Shown: piece by piece, positions 53,424 to 64,000 of the stretch
Layout of the letters: every line of letters starts with the position of its first letter
How positions within the stretch are numbered: position 1 is the stretch's first letter
NCBI RefSeq assembly: GCF_009914755.1
Contig: NC_060929.1
Reading direction: 5' to 3' (one strand)
DNA: 64,000 nucleotides
From: the human T2T-CHM13v2.0 reference genome, Homo sapiens
Notes under the pieces: generated by a model
Databases searched by the model: none
Told to the model about the DNA's origin: nothing
What the model saw: only the letters and a program-made list of their open reading frames with translations
Translations under genes and position numbers: made by a program

Positions 53424-55790
53424 CCTAACATCTTAACTTAAAACAATCTAGTTTGGGTTAATACCAATTTAATTTTAATAGTATGTAAAAACTGCTCCCG
53501 TAAAGCTCTATACCCTTACCCTTTTTATGCTATTATTTTTTATATGAATTATATTATTATATATTATAAGCCCATTAAAACATCTTTATGATTTTTTTAA
53601 AGTGGTCTTTTTTTTCAATCAAATAGAATCAAAATACATTTATACCATCTTTTATATTTACCAATAATAGTTACCAGTGTTCTTTAGTTCTTCATGTGAA
53701 TTTGAGTTGCTATCTAGTGTCCTTACATTTCATTCTGAAGGATTTCCTGTAGTATTTCTTGTAGAGGGAATTTGCTGTTGATGAATTCCCTGTTGTATCT
53801 TAATTTCTTGTTAATCTTTTGAAAAAAAATTACAGGGTATAGAATTCTCAGTTAGCTTCACCCCCCCCACACCCCTGCCAACACACACACACACAACACT
53901 TTAAATATATCATCCCACTGCCTTCTGGTCTCCATGGTTTTTGATGAGAATTTAGCTGTTAATTTTATTGAGGATCCTTTGTATGTAATGAGTCATTTCT
54001 CTCTCGTTGCCTTCAAAATTATTTGTTTTGTCTTTTGACAAATAGGCTATGATATAGTTAGGCATGGATCTCTTTGAGTTTATCCTACCTGGAGTTAGTT
54101 GAGCTTCTTAGCTAAGGAGATCAATATTTCCAGGCATTGTTTCATCAAGTATTTTTTTAAATTCCTCTTTCTCTTTTTCTTCTTCTTCTGTGACTCCCAC
54201 CATGTATATGTTGTTACATTTAATGGTGTTCTAGAGTATCTGGGGCTCTGGCCATTTTTTAATTTTAAGAAAAATTAAAGGAAATGGATAGTTTCAATTG
54301 ACCTATCTTTTCTTTCGACCTAATTTTTCTTAAAATTAAAGGAATGGGTAGTCTCAATTGACCTATCTTTCAGTTTGTTGATTATTTCTTCACCATGTTC
54401 AAAGATGCTGTTGAGTCACTCTAGTAAAATTTTTATTTTTTTTTTACTTTTCAAGTCCAGAATTTTAATTTAGTTATCTTTATAGTTTCTTTGTCAATAT
54501 TCTCTATTTCATATGACATTGTTCTCATACTTTAGTTATGTAGACATTGTTTTCTTTAGTGCTTTGAATATACTTATAATTGTTTATTTAAAGACTTTGT
54601 CTAGGAAGTTCAATGTTAACAGCTTCTTTCAAGACAGGTTCTATTGACTCAATTTTTTCCTACGTATGGGCCACACTTTGCCATTTTTTCATGTCTTACA
54701 TTTTTTGTTAAAACTCTACATTTTAAATAATAATATATGGCTGCTTTGAAAATCAGACTTTTTCCCTTCCCTGAGTTTGTTGTTGATATTTGTTGTTTTT
54801 ATTTTCTGTTTGTTTGTTTGTTTATTGGCTTTCCTGTACTAATTTTGTAAACTTTGTAATCACCCTGTATAGCCACTGAAGTCTCTGATTTGCTAGCTTA
54901 CTGCTAAAGATTTGACAGAGATTTCTTTATATGACTTGAACTAGTGAGTCTCCCACCCTCTTCTGGTAGGCTCTGTATTTGTTAGGAGGAACACCTTTAA
55001 TGCTCCAACAGTTTACAATTCTGCCTTAGGCTTTACTTTCTGCTTGCATAGCACTTCAAGGTTACATACAGGTGAACTATTGGGACCTTCTCTGTTGTTT
55101 CCTAAACATTTGTACTACCCAGCATATGTGCATGGCCTTTTAGGTCCCCAGGAACATACTTCATCTTTTCAAAATGCACTATGAACATCTTATTTCCAGA
55201 TTTTCTTTTATTTGGACAGATTTTCTTTGATCCAAATGATATTGCTGACTGAGACAGCAGTGGTGCTAAATAATTTCTACTGATTGTTTTTACAAACACC
55301 TTGGGGACAGGACTTTTCTTATTGAGCAAGCCCTGAGTAAGTTCAAATAAAGAAAAACACTATGAATAGGGGACTTTTTAATGAGCTGCCAGATAGGTCA
55401 AATAGTGACAATCTTTGTAAACGGGGCTTTTGGAGAGCTCCAAAACCATTTTTCTCCCTCCAGTGGCTGCTACAATACTGTTTTTTTTAGCATCTGTGGT
55501 TGTGAGACTGCTAGTTTTCAAGTTTACCATAGATCTCAGGAGAAGGAGATAGGAATAGTGCTAGTTAAAATTCCACAAAATTTGCTGAGATCCTCACTGA
55601 GATTCATCCTTTTTTCTTGAATGATCACTTGTATTGTTCCAAGTTTTTGGTTAATTTCCAGAACTTTAAAAAAAAAATTTTATTGGACATTTTTTCCCCA
55701 GTGTTTTTGTTGATTGGAGAATTAGATTTTCAGTTTCTTACTTTGCCATTTCAGAAATGCTTCTCTACGTGCATTAATTTTGCAGTAAAA
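53424..55790 (-). mobile_element. Old L1M (MC/MD-class) 5' UTR/ORF1 remnant
   Basis: 'atcccactgccttctggtctccatggtttttgatgagaa', 'tttgagtttatcctacctggagt' and 'tcaattgacctatcttt'. Confidence 0.7.
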
Positions 55791-57867
55791 AAGCTCTTAA
55801 ATTTTTAAATGTTTGTGCAGGATAATTAGGAGTTATTTATAATAGTAATCAACTAGGAACAACCTAAATTTTCAAAAATCATTTAAAAGATAATATATGT
55901 GTATCTTTTATAGTGATTGTATATGTGTAGTGTGCATGTATAACATGTTAAATAATAATAAATAATAACTTTACATACCTCTGGAAATGTGGAAGATAAA
56001 CATATCCCAAATATTAATATTGGCTATTTCAGGAAGGGTAGGAATATGGGTGATTTAGTTTTCAAAAACTTTTTAATTTTTTTAAAATGCACGTCCATGT
56101 GTTATTTAAGTATTTCATATTAAGCATGTATTTTTGCAATTAACATATTATTTTATTTAAAATAAAATGTACTTTCTAGTTAAAAGAATATGTTCTTTCA
56201 TACCACAGTTCATGTAAGATAAATGTGATATAGAATTTCCAGGTATCGGTAGTTCATAAAGAGTCATAGATTGCTGTTTAATAGGAAACTTTCTCCCTAC
56301 ATCATTACTTTGAAAATCTGGGTCAGAATGAGGAAAAAAAATAAAAAGATGCTGCTTCCTGGCTATTGGGTAGAGCATGTCACTTTCTTGGCTTTGTTTA
56401 GATGGGTTCCACAGACACTAATGCCAATTCCCAGAACTACTTTTGCTTTTAGAATCTTCACAGATCCCTGGGAATGTATAATTTCCCCATTGCTTAGCAA
56501 CCGTTCCGTTATTTTCAGAAACTTGTTAAATGAATGAATGCATTTTGATGACAAGACAGCTTTATTCATGCCATGCTCTGGGCCACCATGTAATAATAAG
56601 AGATAACGAAATGAAATATTGCAAAGATCATGTCCCCAGTCACTTCTCTCCACAAGAACCCTCAGAGGAGCTGGGTTGGAAAAGAAACTTTTTATGCAAA
56701 CAGATTTTAAAAGCTAATAGAAAAAGCATATTGATTCCGAAATAATTATATTGTGTACACTCACATCCACATTTTCTTTTTATCAATCATTGGATGAGTT
56801 TACATGAATAAAATGCTAATGATAGTGTTCTGTGGACATAAGTCTTTGACAGTTTCAAAACCCCTAACATGGCTGATTTCCTTTACACTCCTACACTTGT
56901 GTGTGTTATGAACTCAGACTTGCATTGCAGAGTGACTGATGGATGATCATGGTTCTCAATTAAATAAGCTCAAACATTTGGCCAGGAAAGATTGCAGAAT
57001 GGAGTAACACATCCCACAGAACCAGTTCCTTTGTAAGAAGAAAATGCTGTGTGTTAATATTCCTTGAAATGAAAATAATAATTATAAACAGTTATGGCTT
57101 AATATATTTTGGTTTTGACCCTCAGAAAGCTCAGAAAAATTTTGGTGCCTAAATTCCAGTAACACATCTGCTCTCAGGCCCTAAACAATCTTATCTCCTC
57201 CTAACCACATATGAGGAAACATACTCATACAAACACACATGTGCACACATGGAATGACACTGATAACACATGTGAAAAACAAAAAATGTAAAGTTATAGG
57301 ATTATGTCATTTAAATATATATGATTGAATAGTGAAATTTTTGAAAACTTAAATTTATAAGAATTAAGGTCATGGCACAGGGGCAGGGCTTTATAGTCCC
57401 TCTCTTGGTCTCAGGGAAGTCCTAAGTCTAGTCCAAGGTAGAACCAACACTGGAAATCAATATCGCCTTCTTCCAGTTCGTGCTCTTCCAACTCACTGCC
57501 TCACTCACCCTTCCTGTCAGAAACTTTCAGTTCAGGATTAAAACGAATTTTAATAAGTAAGTAAAACATCTACTGTAAATTTTTAAAAAATTTTTTATTT
57601 CCATAGGTTATTGGGAAACAGGTGGTGTTTGATTACATGAGTAAATTCTTTAGTGGTGATTCGTAAGATTTTGGTGCAGCCATCACCCAAGCAGTATACA
57701 CTGCACACAATTTGTAGTCTTTTATTCCTCACCCCCTTTATATCCTTTCCCCCGAGTCCCCAAAATCCATTGCGATCATTCTTATGCCTTTGTGTCCTCA
57801 TAGCTTAGCTCCCACTTATGAGTGACAACATACAATATTTGGTTTTCCATTCCTGAGTTACTTCATG

Positions 57868-58652
57868 TATATATTCCATTCCTGAGTTACTATATATATA
57901 TATTAGGATATATAATATATATATTATATATATTCAAGATATATAATATATATATTATATATATTCAAGATATATAATATATATTATATATACACAAGAT
58001 ATATAATATACATATATAATATACATATATGATATGTAATATATAAAATATACATATATGATATGTAATATATAAAATATACATATATGATATGTAATAT
58101 ATATAATATACATATATATTATATATTATATATTATATATACTATATATAAATATAGTATACAATTATAATATACAATACAATATATTACAATATATTAT
58201 ATATTATAATATAATATAATACAATATATTATATACAATATAATACAATATATTATATAGTATACTATATATTATAATATATATTTTATATATATACAAT
58301 ATATAGTATACTATATAATATATATTTCATATATATACAATATATAGTATACTATATAATATATATTTTATATACATATATATAATATATATGCATATAT
58401 TATGTACGTATATATATTATATATACGTGTATATATAATATATACGTGTATATATAATATATACGTGTATATATAATATATACGTGTATATATTATATAT
58501 ACGTGTATATATAATATATACGTGTATATATTATATATACGTGTATATATAATATATAAGTGTATATAATATATACGTGTATATATAATATATAAGTGTA
58601 TATATTATAAGTGTATATATTATATATACGTGTGTGTGTATATATATATGTA
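57868..58652. repeat. About 780-bp AT-rich compound minisatellite/microsatellite
   Basis: (TA)-based sub-arrays such as 'ttcaagatatataatatatatattatatata', 'tacatatatgatatgtaatatataaaata' and 'tacgtgtatatataatata'. Confidence 0.95.
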
Positions 58653-59070
58653 CACCACGGTTTTTTTATACACCCATTGATTGATGGGCATTTGGGTTGG
58701 TTCCACGTTTTTGGAATTGTGAATTGTGCTGCTATAAACATGTGTGTGCAAGTATCTTTTTTGTATAAGGCTTCTTTTCTTCTGGGTATATACCTAGTAG
58801 TGGGATTGCTGGATCAAATGGTAGTTCTATTTTTAGTTCTTCAAGGAAGGAATCTCCACACTGTTTTCCATAGTGGTTGTACTAGTTTACATTCCCACCA
58901 GCAGTGTAGAATTGGTCCCTGTTCAATGCATCCACTCCATCTATTATTTTTTGATTATGGCCATTCTTGCAGGAGTAAGGTGATATTGCCTTGTGGTTTT
59001 AATTTGCATCTCTCTAACATTAGGAATATAGAGCATTTTTTCATATGTTTGTTGGCCATTTGTGTGTGTA

Positions 59071-59392
59071 TATTTATTTATTTATTTATTTTTATTTATG
59101 TATTTTTTTGAGACAGAGTCTCCCTCTGTCACCCAAGCTGGAGGGCAGTGGCATGATCTCAGCTCACTGCATCCCCGCTTCCCAGGTTCAAGTGATTCTC
59201 CTGCCTCAGCCTCCCAAGTAGCTGGGATTACAGGTGCCTGTTCACCATGCCTGGCTAATTTTTGTATTATTTAGTGGAGATGGGGTTTCACCACGTTGGT
59301 CAGGCTGGCCTTGAACTCCTGACCTCAAGTGATTCATCCACTTAGGCCTCCCAAAGTGCTGGGATTACAGGCGTGAGCAATTGCACCCAGCC
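59071..59392 (-). mobile_element. AluS (Sz-like) with a (TTTA)n tail
   Basis: Full dimer with 'gacctcaagtgat', inserted in L1PB1 ORF2. Confidence 0.93.
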
Positions 59393-60312
59393 TATCCTCT
59401 TTTAAGAATTGTCTATTCATGTCCTTAGCCCACTTTTTGTTGGGATTGTTTGTTTTTTTCTTGCTAATTTGTTTTAGTTTGTAGTTTGTTTGTTTTTTCC
59501 TTGAGAATTTGTTTGAGTTTGTTGTAGATTCTGGATATTAGTCCTTCGTCAGATGGATAGATTGTGTAGATTTTCTCCCACTCTATGGGTTGTCTGTTTA
59601 CTCTGCTGACTGTTCCTTTTGCTGTGCAAAAGCTCTTTAGTTTAATTAGGTCCCAGCTATTTATCTTTGTTTTTATTGCGTTTGCTTTTGGGTTCTTGAT
59701 CATGAAATCCTTGCCTAAGCCAATGTCTAGAAGGGTTTTTCCAATGTTACCTTCTAGAATGTTTATAGTTTCAGGTCTTAGGTTTAAGTCCTTAATCTAT
59801 CTTGAGTTGATATTTGTATAAGGTGAGAGATGAGGATCCAGTTTCATTCTCCTACATGTGGCTAGCCAATTATCCCAGCACCATTTGCTGAAAAGGATAT
59901 CCTTTCCCCACTTTATATTTTTGTTTGCTTTGTCAAAGATCAGTTGGCTTAAGTACTTGGGTTTATTTCTGGGTTCTCTATTCTGTTCCATTGGTCTATC
60001 CACCTATTTATATACCAGTACCACACTGTTTTGGTGACTATGACCTTATAGTATAGTTTGAAATCAGGTAGTGTGATGCCTCTAGATTTGTTCTTTTTGC
60101 TTAGTCTTCCTTTGGCTTTGTGGATTCTTTTTTTAGTTCCATATGAATTTTAGGATTTTTTTTCTAATTCTTTGAAGAATGATGGTGGTATTTTGATGGG
60201 AATTGTGTTGAATTTGTAGATTGCTTTTGGTAGTATAGTCACTTTCAAAATATTGATTCTACCCATCCATGAGCATGGGAGGCATTTCCATTTGTTTGTG
60301 TCATCTCTGATT

Positions 60313-60616
60313 GTTTTTTTTTTTTTTTTTTTTTTGAGACAGAGTCTTGCTCTGTCGCCCAGGCTGGAGTGCAGTGGTGTGATCTCAGCTCACTGCAAGC
60401 TCCGCCTCCTGGGTTCACACATTTTCCTGCCTCAGCCTCCCAAGCAGCTGGGACTACAGGCACCCGTCACCACACCCAGTTAATTTTTTTGTATTTTTAG
60501 TAGAGATGGGGTTTCACTGTGTTAGCCAGGTTGGTCTCAATCACCTGACCTCATGATCCACCCACCTCGACCTCCCAAAGTGCTGGGATTACAGGCGTGA
60601 GCCACTGTGCCCAGCC
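60313..60616 (-). mobile_element. AluY
   Basis: 'gcaagctccgcc' and 'ttagccagg'; TSD catctctgatt (60302-60312 / 60617-60627). Confidence 0.93.
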
Positions 60617-63368
60617 CATCTCTGATTTCTTTTGCAGTGTTTTGTAGTTTTCCTTGAAGAGGTCTTTCAACTCCTTGGTTAGGTATATTCCTAAGTATTT
60701 TATTTTATTTTTTGCAGCTGTTGTAAAAAGGGTTGAGTTCTTGATTTGATTCTCAGCTTGGTCACTGTGGGTATATAGAATAGCTACTGATTTATGTACA
60801 TTAATTTTGTATCCAGAAACTTTGATGAATTCATCTATCCATTCTAGGAGCTTTTTGGATGAGTTTTTAGGGTTTTCTAGGTAAACAATCATATCATCAG
60901 CAAACAGTGACAGTTTGACTTCCTTTTTACCAATTTGGATGCCCTTTATTTTTTTTTCTCTTGTCTGATTGCTCTGGCTAGGACTTCCAATACTTTATGT
61001 TGAAGAGAAGTGGTGAGAGTGGGCATCTTTGTCTTGCTCCAGTTCTTAGAGGGAATGTTTTCAACTTTTCCCCATCCAGTGTTATGTTGGCTGTGGGTTT
61101 GTCATAGATGGCTTTTATTACACTGAGGTATGTATGCCGATTTTGCTGAGAGTTTTAATTATAAAGCAATGCTGGATTTTGTGGAATGCTTTTTCTGCAT
61201 CTATTGAGATGATCATGTGATTTTTGTTTTTAATTCTGTTTATGTAGTGTATCATATTTATTGACTTGCATATAGTAGATTACCCCTGCATCCCTGGTAT
61301 GAAACCCACTTGATCATTGTGGATTATCTTTTTGATATGTTGTTGGATTCCGTTAGCTAGTATTTTCTTAAGGATTTTTGCATCTATGTTCATCCGGAAT
61401 ATTGGCCTGTAGTTTTCTTTTTTAGTTATGTCCTTTCCTGGTTTTGGTATTAGGGAGATATTGGCTTCATAGAATGATTTAGGGAGGATTCCCTCTTTCT
61501 CTATCTTGTGGAATAGTGTCAATAGGATTGGTACAAATTCTTCTTGGAATATCTGGTAGAATTGTGCCATGAATCTGTCTGGTCCTGGACTTTTCATTTT
61601 TGGTAATTTTTAAATTACCATTTCAATCTCACTGCTTGTTATTGGCCTGTTCAGGGTATCTAATTCTCCCTGATTTAAGCTGAGAGGGTTGTATCTTTCC
61701 AGGAATTTATCCATCCCCTCTAGGTTTTCTCGTTTATATTTGTAAAGGGGTTCATAGCAGCCTTGAATGATGTTTTGTATTTCTGTGGTGTCAGTTGTAG
61801 TATCCCCTGTTTCATTTCAAAGTGAGCTTATTTGGATTTTCTCTCTTCTTTTCCTCATTAATCTTGCTAATGGTCTATAAATTTTATTTATCTTTTCAAA
61901 GCACCAGCTTTTTGCTTCGTTTATCTTTTGTATTTTTTTTTGTTTCAATTTCATTTACTTGTGCTGATCTTGGTTATTTTCTTTCTTCTGCTGGGTTTGG
62001 GGTTTGGTTTGTTCTTGCTTCTCTAGTTCCTTGAGGCATAACCTTAGATTGTCTGTTTGTGCTCTTTCAGACTTTTTGATGTCACTGTTTAGGGCTATGA
62101 ACTTTCCTCTTAGGACCACCTTTGCTGTATCCCAGAGGTTTTGATAGGTTATGTCACTATTGTGGTTCAGTTCAAATAATTTTTAATTTCCATCTTGATT
62201 TCATTTTGACCCAATGATCATTCAGGAGCATGTTATTTAATTTCCATGTATTTGCATGGTTTTGGAGGTTCTTTCTGGATTTGATTTTTAGATTTATTCC
62301 ACTGTGGCCTGAAAGAGTGCTTGATATAATTTCAATTTTCCTGAATTTATTGAAGCTTGTTTTATGACCTATCATATGGTCTATCTTTGAAAGTTCCATG
62401 TGCTTATGAATAAAATGTATGTTCTGTGGTTGTTGGGTAGAATGTTCTGTAAATATCTGTTATGCATTTGTTCCAGGGTATAGTGTAAATCCACTGTTTC
62501 TTTGTTGACTTCTGTCTTGGTGACCTGTCTAGTGCTGTCAGTGGTGTATTGAAGTCCACCACTATTATTGTGTTGCTGTCTACCTCATTTCTTATGTCTA
62601 TTAGTAATTGTTTTATAAATTTGGGAGCTCCAGTGTTAGGGCATATATATTTAGAATTGTGATGTTTTCCTTTTGGACAAGGCCTTTCATCATTATTTGT
62701 CCCTATTTATCTTTTTTAACTGCTGTTGCTTTAATGTTTATTTTGTCTGAAATAAGAATAGCTACTTCTGCTCACTTTTGGTGTCCATTTGCATGGAAAG
62801 TCTTTTTCCTCACCTTTACCTTAAATGTGTCTGAGTCCTTATGTGCTAGGTGGGTCTCTTGAAGGCAGCAGACAGTTGGTTGGTGAATTCTTATCCATTC
62901 TGCAATTCTGTATCTTTTAAGTGAAGCATTTAGGTCATTTACATTCAATGTTACTATTGAGATGTGAGGTGCCATTCCATTCATTGTGCTATTTGTTGCT
63001 TATATTCCTATTTAAAAATTGGTATTTTTGTTGTATAGGTCCTGTGAAATTTGTGCTTTAAAGAGGTTCCATTTTGATATGTTCCTAGGGTTTGTTTCAA
63101 GATTTAGAGCTCCTTTTAGCAGTTCTTGTAGTGCTGGCTTGATGGCGGCAAATTCTCTCAGCATTTGTTTGTCTGAAAAAGACTGTGTCTTTCGTTCATT
63201 TATGAAGCTTAGTTTTGCTGGATACAAAATTCTTGGCTGATAACTGTTTGGTTTAAGGAGGCTGAAAATAGGGCCCCGATCCCTTCTAGCTTGTAGGGTT
63301 TCTGCTGAGAAATCTGCTGTTAATCTGATAGGTTTTCCTTCATAGGCTACCTGGTGTTTTTGCTTAAG

Positions 63369-64000
63369 TATTGGGGAATCTGCCCCGATATTCACGTAGG
63401 TTCTTTTCTATTTTCCTTAAGCGTTGGCAAGCTTGAGAAATAAAGGGACAGAGTACAAAAGAGAGAAATTTTAAAGCTGGGCATCCAGGAGAGACATCAC
63501 ATGTCGGTAGGTTTTGTGATGCCCCACAAGCTGCAAAAATCAGCAAGTTTTTATTAGGGAGTGTCAAACGGGGAGGGAGTGCGCGAATAGGTGTGGGTCA
63601 CAGACATCAAGTACTTTACAAGGTAATAGAATATCACAAGGCAAGTGGAGGCAGGGTGAGATCACAGGACCACAGTATGGGGGTGAAATTAAAATTGCTA
63701 ATGAAGTTTCGGGCACCATTGTCATTGATAACATCTTATCAGGAGACAGGGTTTTGAGATCAACCGGTCTGACCAAAATTTATGAGGCGGGAATTTCCTC
63801 TTACTAATAAGCCTGGGAGTGCTATGGGAGACTGGAGTCTATTTCACCCCTGCAGTCTCAACCATAAGAGACGGACACACCCAGGGAGGCCAGTTCAGAG
63901 ACCCACCTCCAGGTGCGCATTCTCTTTCTCAAGGATGTTCCTTGCTGAGAAAAAGAATTCAGCAATATTTCTCCCATTTGCTTTTGAAAGAAGAGAAATA
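63369..64000 (-). mobile_element. MER11 LTR (HERV-K11/HML-8), truncated by the window edge
   Basis: 'tattggggaatctgccccgatattcacgtaggttcttttctatttt...gagaaataaagggacagagtacaaaagagagaaattttaaagctggg'. Confidence 0.88.

Larger units (their letters stand above)
57580..63368 (-). mobile_element. L1PB1 (3' UTR through ORF1 C-terminus), interrupted by MER11 at 63369
   Basis: Antisense 3' UTR 'ttatttccataggttattggg'; ORF2 fragments (61280-61597 'KSPGPD...[13 protein letters not shown]', 62772-62984 'VTLNVN...CCLQETH') and ORF1 CTD (63012-63395). Confidence 0.93.

Overview
This window is primate genomic DNA, very likely human or another ape: it contains AluY/AluS, LTR12C, MER11 and L1PB/L1PA elements. 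It is AT-rich and looks intergenic or intronic, and roughly two thirds of it is transposable-element debris. I cannot support any protein-coding gene, RNA gene or CRISPR array. The ORF-track hits that resemble real proteins are decayed L1 ORF1/ORF2 fragments; the rest are LTR, Alu or microsatellite artefacts or short unrecognisable ORFs. I see no new biological system in the enzymatic or gene-cluster sense. The most striking structure is a near-full-length L1PB1 (10228-16319) that carried about 1.6 kb of foreign flanking DNA with it (a 3' transduction). A second AATAAA/poly(A) tail and a perfect 17-18 bp target-site duplication (TSD) enclose both the L1 and its cargo. An HERV9 LTR12C solo LTR sits 86 bp upstream in the same orientation. 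Other notable items are two probable mini 3' transductions, a twin-primed inverted L1PB with a 24-bp junction duplication, two template-switch scars, and one L1PB (TA) seed seen in three different expansion states. Subfamily names come from my recall of consensus sequences and should be confirmed with RepeatMasker/Dfam. Boundaries of old repeats are approximate.
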